Shown in pieces: positions 1 through 12,608 of a stretch of DNA of 64,000 bases. Both the position numbers and the translations under genes were made by a program. The DNA is taken from contig ML996689.1 of NCBI GenBank assembly GCA_010356995.1, positions 1,196,691 through 1,260,690 on the forward strand, read 5' to 3'. This DNA is from Trichodelitschia bisporula. Lineage: Eukaryota. Position 1 is the first letter of the stretch. Each line of letters starts with the position of its first letter. The notes beneath the pieces were generated by a model, which saw only the letters and a program-made list of their open reading frames with translations, was not told the origin of the DNA and did no database searches.

Positions 1-401
1 CGGGTCCCGTCGGATGCCCGGGACTCTTTGCGCACGCCGCGGGCCCGTTGACGTAAATATGTATATCGCCCGCCGGTGGAGTCGTCGCGCTGGAAACGAC
101 GCACTGTGCGTCCCCTGACGAAGGGGAGGTTTGGCGGCACACCATTTGTGGGGGACAGGCGGTTAGGCCTGGTGGTGAGGGGGTGGTGCTGTTGCCACAG
201 AAGGCGAGGAGGGCGGTTGAGGCGCAGTAGGTGAGTTTGCTGCCGGAGGGGGCGCAGGCAAGGGAGGGTGGTGAAGAGGAGGGGTTGCTGTAGAGGTTAG
301 TTTAGGTTTGAAGGCGGTTAGGGTGGGGGGACGGACTATGTGAGTTGTGCGTTGGAGAGGGAGAGGGTTGTGAGGAGGAAGGCGAAGAGTAAGCGGGCCA
401 T
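1..401 (-). CDS. Putative small secreted cysteine-rich protein (3' end outside window)
   Basis: Not in the ORF track. ATG at 401, exon 401-337, 49-nt intron 336-288 (GTCCGT..CTAAC..CAG), then open to base 1: MARLLFAFLLTTLSLSNAQLTYNPSSSPPSLACAPSGSKLTYCASTALLAFCGNST..ACPPQMVCRQTSPSSGDAQC. Hydrophobic signal-peptide-like N-terminus and 7 Cys so far. Confidence 0.7.
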
Positions 402-1576
402 TTTGGTGGATGTGAGGAGGGTTGAGGAGGTGGTGATGAGGTGAGGTGCGTCGATAAGGACCGAGGACTGGCGATGTCCGCAGTGGTAGTAATATTGCGA
501 TGAGGATTAGTTGCACTGCACCACGAGAGTTTTAACAGCGTTAACAACAGAGCAATCAGTCATCGCCGTACCACCATCTTATATCACCCACTGCTCCCCC
601 AACCCCCGCCTTCCCCCAAGTCCCAGCTCCCCACCACCCAAACACCACCCGCACATCAACCTCCAACTCCCCCCCTCAGTTTCCACAAAACCCCATCACC
701 ACCCCAACGCCGCACCGACCCCTCAATTATCACCCCGCCAAAATCCAGGGACGACGCTAAAACGTGGGCGGGGAACTGCCACATGCGGTAGGCGCGAGGC
801 TGGATGTGGCGCTTCCCCAGCCTCTCGCTTGGCGCACGGGCCACTTTGTGGTTGGGGTGGCGCAGGGCTGAGGCTACTATCAACAGGGCTGACAGTCAGG
901 ACTGGTTTATGATGCACAATAATGCGGAGTGCTCTGTGTGGACTTTGCTTGTTTGTGAAGGGCTGGGCGGGACTGTGCTAGTTGTTGTGGGTGTGCTGAG
1001 ACTTGCGATGTCCGTTGTTGTGGCGTCACGTGACAAGCCGCGATAGAACATCAGCTTCCCGCAGTCTGCAGCTGGCGACAACGCGGTGGCCAGAGCGTAG
1101 ACATCGAACTGAGCAATATTGTAGTCAGAGGCAGACGGGATCGTTTATCTCACCCCGCTCGCCACAAAGAAAAGCGTATACACCATTCAACCCCCCCTTG
1201 GAGGGCCCACCCACGCCTATGTACCCCCACAGTCTTCTCCATCGCCCTCCCCTCAAGCGTCCAGCACATCTAGACCCATCAACTTGTCTCGCAAGCAGTA
1301 GAAGCCCCCCACCCTCTCACCATCGCTCTGGAAACTCCATACGCACAAGGTATCACACGCGGGCGCACCCCCCATCGCCACCAATGCATCACAGATCAGT
1401 AGCGCAAAGGGAAAGGGAGAAACAGAACCCTCGCAAAAAAACGCCGCAGCCTGCCTTACACACCCCACATACCCAAGTACCCCGCCCCCCGTCATTCCTC
1501 GTCGTCTATCTCATAGTACACGAACCAGCGTCAATCTCCCTCATCAAACGTGTATTGAACAGCTGCGTAACTCGGA

Positions 1577-4500
1577 TCACGCCCTCTGGTTAAAGAACCA
1601 GCTACTCCGCTTTCCACCGCCATTGTGCGCACCCCCGTTCCCAGTTTCCTGCGCCTGTAGCGACGAAATCGTCGGCAATGCAGCAATAGGTTCACCGACC
1701 GCGCTGCCGCCGCCGCCACGCAGCGGCTTCGCGATCCGGCTACCGCCACCGAAGGCGAACGACGCGTTGGACGTTTCTGACCCGAGGCCACGCGTGGAGC
1801 CAGCCTTAGCGGCTTCGAGGCGCTCCTTGACGGCAGTGAGTTGGACCTCGAAACTACGCCGGTTAGTTGCGTCCTCAGATACGAGATGTTTATGAAAAGC
1901 ATACCGGTGGTTCGCAGTCGTCAGCTTTTCCTGGCTGTCATGCAGCAGCGACTCCAGGCTCTGGATGCGCTCGTTGCGCGCGATCAGCTTGCGCTCCGCG
2001 ATCGCGACTTCCTTCTTGAGCGTGCTATTTTGCTCGACGAGCTGCCGCTGCACGACTGTAAGCTGCTCGAGGTTGCGCTCGAGGAAGGCCATTTTCTTTT
2101 GCTGCGCGCGGTTGTTCGAGGTGCGGAGTACGTTGTTGTACTGCTCCCGCGTCTCGTCGAGGGAGATCTCAAGCTCGACGACCTGGAAACCTGTTAGCAG
2201 ATACCAGGAGAATAAGAGTCAAACTCACCCTCTCGCAGCGGTTCTGCAGATCCCGCATCAAGCTCTTCTTCATCGCATCAAACTCAGCAATTTGCTGCTG
2301 AATTGTCTTGCCATTCACAGGTGCGCCGTTGGCCAACCCATTGACAGCAGTCGCCCCGCTCTTGATGCGCTGCTGCAGAACATCGATCTCCTCCTTGAGT
2401 TTCTGATTCTCCTCCGCGCGCCGCGCCAGATCTTCTCCTAACGCAGCGAGATGCTCAGCTTGTCCCTCTTGCCGCGCCTTGTATGCTTCCTCGAGGCTTT
2501 TCTTGACAGCTTCCGCGTCCTCAGCAGGCAGCTTACCCTCAAGCAACGCTTCATACTCCTTCTGAACAGCAGCCAGTCGTGCTTCCAGTGCCTCGCGCCG
2601 CAGGAGAGCCGCCTCTTCCTGTTCACCTTTCTGGTTAACAGCCAGCTCAGCCTGCCGCACGATGCCTTGAGTCTCCAGTAGCTTGCGCCGCAGTTCGCTA
2701 AGCTGCTCGGGTGCGAGACCGTCACCCTCCTGCAGTGCATCAATGTTCTCAATCGCCTTACGAATGGCCCGTTCGTTATCGCTGAACAGCTCGCCACCAA
2801 GATCGAAACCAGCCATCATGGTCGCCATGCGCTCCCGCTTCACGCGCTCCTTCTCGTCCATGAATGCGCCGTTTTCGCGTGCCGACATGCGAGCGTCCAG
2901 AAGCTGCTGCTTGACCTCGTCAAGTTCGGCCGTGAGTTCGGCATTTGCCTCCTTGAGGCCATCCATGGTGATACGCTCCTCCTTGACCTCAAAGTTGATC
3001 TTCTCAACCTGCATGCGCAGCTCATTGACCTCCGTGGTAAGGCGTTCGTTGTCGCGGTTAGCCCGTGAATCATGTTCGCGCAACAGCTGCAACTCGTCCC
3101 TCGCCTCCTTGAGGTTCTTCTCCGCATTGGCAAGCAGTGTTTCCTTCTCCGCCAGCTGGTCCTGCAGCTCGTTCTCGCGCCGCAAGAACTCCTCCTTCTC
3201 GTCCTTATCCAGCAGACTTGGCGTACCCGCGCGCTCAAGCTCCATACGAGACTCGGGCCGCGATGAAGATGGCGTGTCTGGTCTTCGCTCCGCGTTCTGC
3301 AGACGAGTTGGAGTGCCCGGTACGCGAGCTTCGGGCTTGCGGGCTGCCGTGCCACCGGTCAAAGATGGCGTCCATTGTTCCGGCGGAACGCTTTCGCCCT
3401 TGCGCCAAAGCTGTATCTCAGACTCAAGGTTGCCGATATATGACTCGAAAGTGGTGATCTGCGTTTGCACCTTCTTGAGCATGATCTTCAGTTCCGTGGG
3501 GCTAAGCTCCGCATTGATCTTGGCCTTGTTCTTGATCGACTTCGCGCGTACACCGAAGCGCAGCGTGCTGAGAGTTTCCGCATCGTTGTAGCTGCTGGGC
3601 GAGCAGTTGATGATGAGCGTTGTGCGCGAGTTGCCACCCAGAGACTCCTGCAGGATGCGGGTCAACTTCGAGTCACGATAGGGAATATGCGATGATTTGC
3701 CGTCCGTCAGCGAGTTGATGACCATGCCGAGCGCGCTCAAGCTCTTGTTGATCTTCTTCGCCTCCTCAAGTGTCTGTCCGCTGGCTCCGGTCTTGCCGAC
3801 CTTTTCGCTACCAGCAAGATCGACGAGGAAGAGCTGCCCGCTCTTCGCTGAGCCAGTCTCGACATTCTTCTGGGTGATCGTGACAACGAATATGGAATGC
3901 GACCGCGAGGACTCCTGGTTCATGTTCGTAGCTGCAACCGCGCGGGCCAGCCCGCCACGTCGCATGACCTCGTAGACCTCTTGCACACTGGAGACGTAAA
4001 TCTCCAGCAAGCCCTTGACGTACACACCCCTGCTCTTCTCCTCATGCACAGGCAGATTGTCGTTCTGTGGCGCCAGCAGATCGCGGATGCGCTCCATGTA
4101 GATCTCCATGTAGCTGACGCGCACGGTATACTCGATGTTGCCGGGGCTCGACAGAATACTGGCGAAGATCTGCTCTACAATGCGCGGGATGATACCCTTG
4201 GCCTCGTCGTCGTCGATATCCGCGCCCATCATCGTGAATGATTTACCCGCACCCGTCTGGCCGTACGCAAACACAGTGCCGTTGTACCCATTCAGGATGT
4301 CGTCGACAGTGGGGCGGATGGAGAAGTCGAACACATCCGCCTGGCGCGAGTCCATGTCGAACACGCGGTCGAAGGTGAAGGCATTCTGACCTTCCCGAGT
4401 CTATGTCCGTGTAAGCCGGTGCACCGAAGCCTATTCCCCACAGGAATCCGAAGTTGCCACATACGGTCACCCGACATGTGTCCTCTGTCTCAAACTCGAC

Positions 4501-4723
4501 AATCGGTTCACCACCGCTGGCGATCTCGATCTTGTTCTGTGGGCGGAAGCGCGCAAGAACTGCACAATAAGCGGTTAGCCTCGGCAGTCGCCTCGCGCAC
4601 ACTGATTCCTTAGACGTACCTTTGATATTGTTGGTCCTGAGCGCAAGCGCCGGCGGGCTCGAGTTAGTAACTGTTCTTTCGCGGGAAAGCCCAGAGCGGG
4701 GAAGAGGGGTATACGCACGCCAT
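1577..4723 (-). CDS. Conventional kinesin (kinesin-1) heavy chain, multi-exon
   Basis: P-loop GQTGAGKS, NQESSRSH, LVDLAGSE and HIPYRDSKLTRIL motor motifs; coiled-coil stalk; tail with RIAKPLRGG. Spliced start MATNNIKVLARFRPQN from exons 4723-4719 and 4636-4620. Confidence 0.96.
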
Positions 4724-5731
4724 TGCTAAACAGTCGGAGCTCGAGTTTGGCCCAACGGCCCAGCTGGAAACGGGTCAAGCCAGAGTATAAAGCTATGTCA
4801 GGCACCAGCGGAAGAGAGTTGTCTCTCTGTATACGGATGTACACACAGGCGGTTTCGTGGCAGCGGGCCGGCCAACGAACATACACAGCAGGGCAGGGAT
4901 GGAATGGACGGTTGGCGGTGGAAATTGCAATATGAGCAACGTCAGGGAAGCCGGGCTTGCGGAACCAGGGAAGAGATGGCTTTAGAAGACGTAGTTCCTG
5001 GCTGAGCGGTAGTGAATGATATGAACAGATTCAAAGGATGTTGCTCGGTGTCTCTGTTGACATATTTTGGGGTTGCTGAGTGTTTTGGACATGAACGCTA
5101 CGCGGATGTTCCGCGCCAGGGCTTGGCGCCCGGTTTGGCTGTTCCAACGGTCTCGAGTGGCAGGTGGCGATGCGCATGGCAAATAATGAGGGGCCAGAGG
5201 AAACAGCACCTTTGGGGTATTCCAAGTAGCAAATGATCGCCTTCCCTTGGGCCCTTTGCATTAGAGTACCAAAGCATGCGCAGCTATAAAGCTGAGAAAA
5301 CGTCCCGTCAGCCTTGCCTTTGAGCAACTCTCTGCCGCCTTCGCGCTACGTAACGGGCGACAGTGGCGCTCTCTTTGACCACTGGTTTATCCACGCCCCA
5401 TTCTCGCACCAGCATCACACAAGCCGACGGCAGCATGCAGTCTCTCATACTACACCGTACAACCACCATGTCAACCGAGAGCTTGTGCTATGATAGCCTG
5501 AATATACGCACAAAGGCCGATATTGATACCCACGCCGGGAGTCGCGCCTGGAACTCCGATGCTGAATTTCCGCCGACGCCCACCCAAAAAAAGCGATGGA
5601 AAGGCAAAGGGGAATCATAAGTGCCGTGTCCTCTACGCTTGTCCTGGCCGCCTCGTCCTAGTGCATAGATCGCATCATGTTGTCCATTTCGTTCCGTGAC
5701 TCCTGCTAACTCCTACACCTGAACAACCCAT

Positions 5732-6493
5732 TCAGTCTTCCCAGCTCTTCTCCACCGTCTCACGCACCCGCTTCACGTACTCCTTGCGGTTCTCCTTGTA
5801 CAGGTTCGATGCTTCGACGTTTGCGGGAGAGGACGTGTTCGGGTCGTTGAGAAGACTGCACTGGTCAGCTTAAATCTTGATGCAGAGCACGATACATACC
5901 TCTGAATACTCGTAAGGATGGCAGCCACATCATACGTCGGGCTCCAACGGTTCTGGAGAATGTCCAGGCACAACTCGCCCGTCCCGTACACGTTGGGGTG
6001 GAACATCTGGCTCTTGAACTTGACGCTCGGTGGCTTGTTCGGGTATGCCTCCTCGAAGTTCATGGACAAATGAAAGGTACCATCTTCAAAGGGCGTGTCT
6101 GCGGGCCCGATGATGACGGCGTTCCTAGCCACCTTCAGCAAGCAGTTCCTCTTGAAACAATACGGCCGACATACCAAACCATGACGTTATCGGCGACTGG
6201 GGAAGCGGAGACTCCGGCAGGAGGGTCGGACTGCATGCGCTATACAAATGTGAGCTCAGAGTTCAGAGGTTGGTTGACAGAGCGGAAGCGGAGAAGGCAA
6301 ATGATGCTATGACGGACGCGCCGTTGAGTCTGATATGTCGAAGCAGCGTAGAAGACGCCGCTTCAACCGCGTACCGGAAGGACACCGGGTTATACGGAAT
6401 CTTTCAGACATGACAGACATGCCGCAGAGTTATAGGTACGGGGCGATTCACCTTAAAGTCGCGCATCAAGCGCCTGCGAGCCGGGGAGGACAT
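5732..6493 (-). CDS. RAD6: Ubiquitin-conjugating enzyme E2 (Rad6/Ubc2), multi-exon
   Basis: [14 protein letters not shown] start, [25 protein letters not shown] active-site region, ends KSWED-stop; introns with canonical sites. Confidence 0.95.
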
Positions 6494-7181
6494 GTCGAGA
6501 ACGAACTGAGGACAAGTGTTGGGGAACAGGCGGTCGGAGATGCAGAGATAAAGGGACAAAGAACTTAACACCTGCAAGCAAGGTGGCTAGATGTGCAAAA
6601 GCGTAGAAGTTGGAGGCGTTCGAGATAGATGTGGGGGTTTGACTTGCCGACTCGCCTTCACCAAGGACGCAATGACGAGGGCCGGGCTTTTGGTGGGGGA
6701 GGAAGTGTGCACGGCGTGACTGCCGTGCATGCAAGATCCCAGCGGATGCTGAACGACCTACATTTCACGTGATTTGTAAGCCGTCTTTCGTCCCTCGGAT
6801 GCGTTCGAGAACTGTTGGATGAGCTTCCTAAGGTACTATACGTACCGTAGTACTTTTGGAAGCATTTTGCTGCTCGTGAAGATTGAGATTTGAGCTGAAC
6901 GCGCAGGCCAGTATCCCCATCAGCTCGACAGCTAGCACAGTAACTTCAAATAAACAGTGAATCCAGAAATTCGGACCTCATTACAGCGTACAGCATATCA
7001 GCTATGTAGTCCATCACCGTGTCTAATCCCATAACAAGAGTGTCGATTTGCCCCCATATTTGACCGTGGAATTCCCGCCGCCGGAACCCCAAAGCCCAAG
7101 ATCCATGTAAAGCCCAACATCACTCAGGCCGTCTAATGTACAGTGAGCCATCGTAGCTCATTCCGAACTGCTGCGGATGCA

Positions 7182-9321
7182 TCACCACTCCGGCTGCGGC
7201 TTGCCGTAGGACCCCCTCTGTCCATCGCGCCCGCCATCACGCCCGCCGAATCCGCCACCAGACCGGCCACCATATCCTCCTCCAGACCTACCACCGAATC
7301 CGCCCCCAGACCGGCTCTCGCCGCCAAACCTGCTGCCTCCGGACCTGTCACCGAACTTGTCGCCACCGAACCCGCCGCCGCCAGACCGACCGCCAAACCC
7401 ACCGCCGCCAGACCGACCGCCGAACCCACCGCCGCCAGACCGACCGCCGAACCCGCCGCCACTGGGTCGACCGCCGAACCCACCGCTGCCGAAACGGTCA
7501 TTGGAGTCGACCTTGCGCCTAGGGGGCTCGCCAATGACCACGCCATCGCAGCGATGAACGCCGAGCTTCATGGCGCGACCGTGCGAAAGAGCAGGCGGCG
7601 TCTCCATGCCCCAGCCGTACCGCGAGAGCCGGTTGAGCGAGTCGATAAGGCGCTGCTTGTGGGGGAACCAGTTGAACACGCCCAGGAGCGAAGAGTAAGC
7701 GTCGCTCAGGGAAACAGGGTCAACGCGCTTGATCGCGCCGCCCACGCTCTGGAGCAGCGAAGCCACCTTGGCGGGAAGCTGCGCCGGGCGAGACATGTCC
7801 AGTGTAGCCGAATGCAGCGACTCGTCTTTGGAAATCGGCAGGCCGCCGAGGCGTTGGCGAGCCTCGTTCATCTCGATGGGGCTGCAGAACAGCCAGGCTT
7901 CACCCTCCTTGCCCGCGCGACCGGTACGGCCGATACGGTGGATGTAGTTTTCGCGGGAAGTGGCAAGACCCATCTGAACCACATGAGTAACATTGGGGAA
8001 GTCCATACCGCGAGCGGCAACATCCGAAGCGAAAAGTATGGCGCTCTCCGCGCCCTTGAAGTTGTCGGAAGAGCGCTGGCGTTGGCCCTGGGTAAGCTTA
8101 GAATGGATCTCGTAGAGCTTCGTCCGGGGAAGAGGGTTCTCAGGTAGCCTCGTGAAAAGCTCCTGAGCCAGAGAGACTTCGGCAGTCGAGTTGAAGAAGA
8201 CGATGGTCTTGAACGGGCGGCTTTCACCACTCTCAAACTTCTCGGTTTCGCGGAGAGCCAGTTCCAACAGCGCGGGGACCTGGTTCTCCAAGCCAACCAT
8301 CGGGACAATCTTCTGAGGAACACGCTCGTGGGTGGGGACCTCGTCGTGCTTCACGCACTGAACAAATTTGTAGTCGGGCTTCATGAGCTCGCGCACAAGC
8401 GTACGAATCTCTGGCATGATGGTGGCCGAGAACATCATGGTCTGGCGCGGCACCTGCTCCGGGTCAGGGCAAAGGCGGTTGATCTCAAGAATCTCGGGTA
8501 GGAAGCCGGCGTCAAGCAGGCGGTCGGCCTCATCGAGGACCAGAGTGGTCAGGTCCGGGACGGCCACGCCGCTATGCGGGTCGGAGATGATGTCCTTGAG
8601 CCGGCCAGGGGTGCCAACGAGGATGTGGCAACCCGCACGTTGCAGCTCCCGCAGCATCTGTCTCTTCTGAGTGCCACCGACGGCGCACTGCACGACCAGG
8701 CCGGTGTTCGAGCAAAGTCTCCGCGCTTCCTCCGCAATCTGCTCCGCCAATTCACGAGTGGGGGAGATGATCAGCGCCCGAATGTCCGAGGGAGAGGCGT
8801 TAAACCGGCCCCGCCGAGCATTGAGAGAGGGGTCATTCTTGAGGATACGTTCGATGGTAGGGAGTAGGAAGGCAATCGTCTTGCCAGTACCAGTTTTAGC
8901 CTGCGCAATCCTAGTACTGTTAGCTGTATGCCATTGACGAAAGGTAAACTAACATATCGTCACCCTGCAGCGCCTCGTTGATGGTCAACTTCTGCACTTC
9001 AGTCATCGTCTCTAACCCCATTTTGGTGATAGTCTGGATGATGTTTTGGTTCACCAGCTCACGTTCACCAAGTTCGGCGAAGGTAGACGCCAGACCATCG
9101 TCGACTTCTACCGATAGATTGGGATTGTGTGCGGAAAGTGTGCGGGTGGTGTGCAACGAAGCCAGACCCGTCCACTGTCTCCGAGCAACATGGACAGGTT
9201 GTGCAGTGATTGAGGCATTGGAAGTGATGAGAGAAACTCTGCCTGTGGCGACCTTAGTTGAGCATGCTGTGCTTAACGTCCGAGGGACAGATGCAGAGCA
9301 TCTCCGTAGGGCGGCGAGCAT
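7182..9321 (-). CDS. MSS116: Mitochondrial DEAD-box RNA helicase, Mss116/CYT-19-like, with Gly/Arg-rich tail
   Basis: Presequence-like MLAALRRCS N-terminus, AKTGTGKT, PTRELA, DEAD, SAT, ARGMD and HRIGRTGRAG motifs; one intron near 8912-8952; C-terminal GGFGGRS repeats. Confidence 0.9.
7362..7492 (-). repeat. 27-nt coding tandem repeat (GGGGFGGRS units) in the helicase tail
   Basis: Repeated ccgccgccagaccgaccgccgaaccc-like units. Confidence 0.85.
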
Positions 9322-9946
9322 GGCGCGTGTGAATTGAGCTGCCTCGGAGGCCGGAGTGCAGTGAGTGTGTCGACGGACTGGAAAGCGCACTCGAGAAAGG
9401 AGTGCGGTTGGAGGGGAGGGAGGGATGATGGAGGGAAGGGTGGGTGAATGATGCAGTGAAGGTGAAATACTCGAAACTTTTTTCTGTGAGAGAAAAAAGG
9501 CCAATCTCTCTTGGTCCCTTCGGGCTTAGCGTCCGATCCAAGGGCCAAGGGGCCAGACTACGTAGTAACATTTCATGGCCGACCCAGTCCGCAAAAGAAA
9601 CTAGGCAGGGCAGCCACAACTTTTTCGGGTGGCCCTTGGTCCGTTGAAGTGGGGCCGCGTTCGAACTACCGTAGAACAAGCGGGGATATGGAGGGATCAT
9701 ATGCGGACAAAGACATCAAACGTGGGGATGTTAATGTGACAAGAAGCTTGCTTTCGTTCTGTAATGTGCTATGTCGTCTTTACGCTGGCATACTATACAC
9801 AGAGCGCATTTGATGCACATGTCCAAGCCGGGACGTCTCTATCATACACATTCCGAAGACGTTGAACGACTCCATGCAATGCGCCCAAAACACCCAGCAT
9901 ATAAGCTGGTCTCCCACAACTCCGTGCAGTCCATTCCCCGAAAAGC

Positions 9947-10654
9947 TTAGGCGTCCCTCCCCCACAGCTCCTTTCTCCTCCGGCGTTCCAACCGCGCCTG
10001 TCGCCGCCGCGGACCCCACTTCGCGATGATAGCATCCTCCTTCTCCCGTGCCTCCAGGCCCGCCTCCTTGTTCTTAGCGATGAGACTGACGAAGAACTCA
10101 GAGCATCCGAACTTCTCCGCCAGCTTGTTGCGCGTCCACTGCTTCGGGTCCGAAAGGCGCAATGAGCGTATCTCGGCGATCTCGGCTGGCGTCAGGTGGT
10201 ACTTCTTCTCAGAGGGTTCCTTGATTGGCGGGGGCAGCGGTGCATGTGCGGGCAGCACCGGTGCCAGCGAGGCCGGGAAGGTGGACGTGCTCTCATGCAA
10301 CGCTGTGCCTGGCTTGACCACGGGCGACGCGGTGAACTTGGGCGCATCGGTCATGGTGTAAAGTGACGGCCCCGAGGTGTAGAGGGCGCGACGCATGTCA
10401 TCCGGCGGAAGGAACTTAAGCGGGGTATGATAGACATTCGGTGTTGTCGGAGGCGGATTGAAGATTACGTGCGTGCTAGCCGGCGTGGAGGTGTTGGCGA
10501 GGAAGGAGGGTGGGGGTTGGATCATAAGGCGTTTGGCGTGCCGGCGGAAGGACGACTCATGGCGGACCGAGATCTTTGAAAGTGGCGAGCATTTGGAAGC
10601 TTGTAAAATGCAATTGGCGTGTAGAACGGACCGGGAGAGTGTGTTTGGGGACAT
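9947..10654 (-). CDS. MRPL20: Mitochondrial large-subunit ribosomal protein L20 (mL58)
   Basis: KYHLTPAEIAEIRSLRLSDPKQWTRNKLAEKFGCSEFFVSL matches the fungal MRP-L20 family; basic presequence-like N-terminus. Confidence 0.88.
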   Translation of the reverse strand: MSPNTLSRSVLHANCILQASKCSPLSKISVRHESSFRRHAKRLMIQPPPSFLANTSTPASTHVIFNPPPTTPNVYHTPLKFLPPDDMRRALYTSGPSLYTMTDAPKFTASPVVKPGTALHESTSTFPASLAPVLPAHAPLPPPIKEPSEKKYHLTPAEIAEIRSLRLSDPKQWTRNKLAEKFGCSEFFVSLIAKNKEAGLEAREKEDAIIAKWGPRRRQARLERRRRKELWGRDA

Positions 10655-11011
10655 TTTGGCGTTGGAGAGCAGCTCCGTCCGACGTGCAGAAAATGTTGGG
10701 CTCCCTTGTCCTGGGATGAAGCTTCTCGGAAAATTGATGACCCGGGAGTCGAGTTAACATACCGCAGCCAACCTGACATTCATACTCTCACCCAACGATG
10801 CGCGATGCCTGCTCATTCAAGAACAGGCGAATAATGATACTATTCATATCACCTCCACTCGATGAACAGAACCGCGAAATGTGAAATGCTCTATTCTTTC
10901 ACAAACTGCTATAGCCCATTTAAGGAACCCCCCGGTTTCCATGTCGAAGCACAACTTCAACACCACTACACACCTGGACGTCCTTGAGCAACCGATCCTT
11001 GTCAACTCAAT

Positions 11012-11557
11012 ATGATGCATCTTTACGCCAACGACGGCTTCGATAGCCCCAGGGGCCAGAAGCAGCGTGAACGGTTCAGGGCTGCCCGAAAGTCCATCTG
11101 CATGCTTTGTCATTCCCGCATCGCTGAGCTCCCCGCTCAGATGGTTTGCGGTCACTTCGCCTGTTTCTACTGCCTGCGCCAGGCGATTTTAGCCTGTGAA
11201 TTATGCCATTGCCTCCACTGCGGAGCAGAATGCTTGGACCTTCTGCTCCTCGATGAAGATAGGGATGAACTGGTATTAATCGACAGGAAGGAGCTCTCTA
11301 GTTTGCCTAAGGGGCAGTTACGGTTTGAAACCCACCTTGATGACCCCGAGCCGTCCACATTGAGCCTCAACATCTACGATGGCATCTTCGAGAGCGGCGA
11401 CGACGAATCGGACAGTAACTGTTTTGACAACGACAACGGATGGGACAGCGACGACTTTGAAGACGTCATTGAATGGGACAGCGACGACTCTGCAAACGTC
11501 ATCTCGGCCAAGCCAGTGGTAGCGGCAGACAGTGAGGAGGAGACATCGGAGGATTAA
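11012..11557 (+). CDS. Orphan C3HC4 RING-finger protein with acidic tail
   Basis: CMLC-x12-CGHFACFYC-x12-CLHC spacing; D/E-rich C-terminus; intronless; start uncertain. Confidence 0.65.
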   Translation: MMHLYANDGFDSPRGQKQRERFRAARKSICMLCHSRIAELPAQMVCGHFACFYCLRQAILACELCHCLHCGAECLDLLLLDEDRDELVLIDRKELSSLPKGQLRFETHLDDPEPSTLSLNIYDGIFESGDDESDSNCFDNDNGWDSDDFEDVIEWDSDDSANVISAKPVVAADSEEETSED

Positions 11558-11876
11558 GAACCAGGAGAGTGCATGAACGATTTTCAGTCCCTACTGCCAC
11601 TATCTGGCCCTAAGTCAGATCGAGGTGATTTCCGTTGCCCAAATCAGTTCCCGAGTTCGCTTTAACGGTTGCATCAACGATTCGAGCGTGTGAACTCCCC
11701 ATGTGATCACCGAGGGCCACTCACTGAGGAACCAGTATAAATACGCCGATTCTCCACGTTCCTTTGCCGTCCATAACCATACCGCTCTTCTATCATCCGT
11801 TCTTTACAAGCTCAAAGCAAACGCGATCCAAATTCCAATATTTCGTACCAAAACCAAACAACACCCAAAGCCGAAT

Positions 11877-12608
11877 ATGTTAGTCCAGCGGGCAGTCCGA
11901 TTCGTCCCCTGCGACGGGTTCCACGAGCGCTGCCCTAATCCCTCAGTCGTTGAGTGTTTCCCTTGTGGGTGTACGATGTGTGACTATTGTTTTGAGTATT
12001 TGGAAGACATGCTCGCGCCTCGATGCGCGAGGCACAACATGTTAGTCACCAGCTTCGCGCCCTTCGACCCGGCTGCCCGGGTGGAATTCCACACGCCCGT
12101 GGCTGAAGTGGCCGTCCTAGTCCCGTGGGGCGTCCCCGTCGGAGTGGGCGTCCCGGTCGGAGACCAGGGAGCACTCGTTCCAGGAGGCATGATGGCTCAG
12201 CAAGGTGCACCCGTTCAGGGAGGCATGATGGCTCAACAAGGTGCACCCGTGCAGGGAGGCTTCGCAGCTCAGCAGGCAGCAGCCGGTTTCAATGCCACTG
12301 CCGCAGGTGGACAACGTGGGAATGAATGGGACGAAAATGGTGATACTCAAGGTGTTGGAGACCTAATGCTGGACGATGATGGTAGCCAGTACGACGGTGG
12401 TGGCTGGGCCGGCGGCCAGGTTGCCCGCGGGGCTCGGGGTGGTGGTGTCCAGCGTGGTGGGCGTGGTGGCCGCGAGGGTGGTCCTGCTGGCGGTGGGGGT
12501 GGTCGGGATGGTCGGGGTGGCCACGGTGGGGGTCGGGGGGGTAGCCAGGGCGGCGGGACTGGGGAGGAGTTTTATGAGGAGCGGATTGTTCGGCGGGGGA
12601 GGCGTTAA
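11877..12608 (+). CDS. Orphan protein: degenerate RING-like Cys cluster plus Q/G and RGG-rich low-complexity tail
   Basis: TATAAA near 11736, ATG at 11877; CDGFHERC..CFPCGCTMCDYC..CARH; about three 36-nt GAPVQGGMMAQQ repeats; GGRGG tail. Confidence 0.6.
   Translation: MLVQRAVRFVPCDGFHERCPNPSVVECFPCGCTMCDYCFEYLEDMLAPRCARHNMLVTSFAPFDPAARVEFHTPVAEVAVLVPWGVPVGVGVPVGDQGALVPGGMMAQQGAPVQGGMMAQQGAPVQGGFAAQQAAAGFNATAAGGQRGNEWDENGDTQGVGDLMLDDDGSQYDGGGWAGGQVARGARGGGVQRGGRGGREGGPAGGGGGRDGRGGHGGGRGGSQGGGTGEEFYEERIVRRGRR

Noticed and set aside
2683..3591. 302-aa Ser-rich plus-strand ORF
   Set aside because: Antisense to the kinesin coiled-coil region.
7143..8147. 334-aa plus-strand ORF with PTA repeats
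   Set aside because: Antisense reading of the DEAD-box helicase Gly-rich tail.
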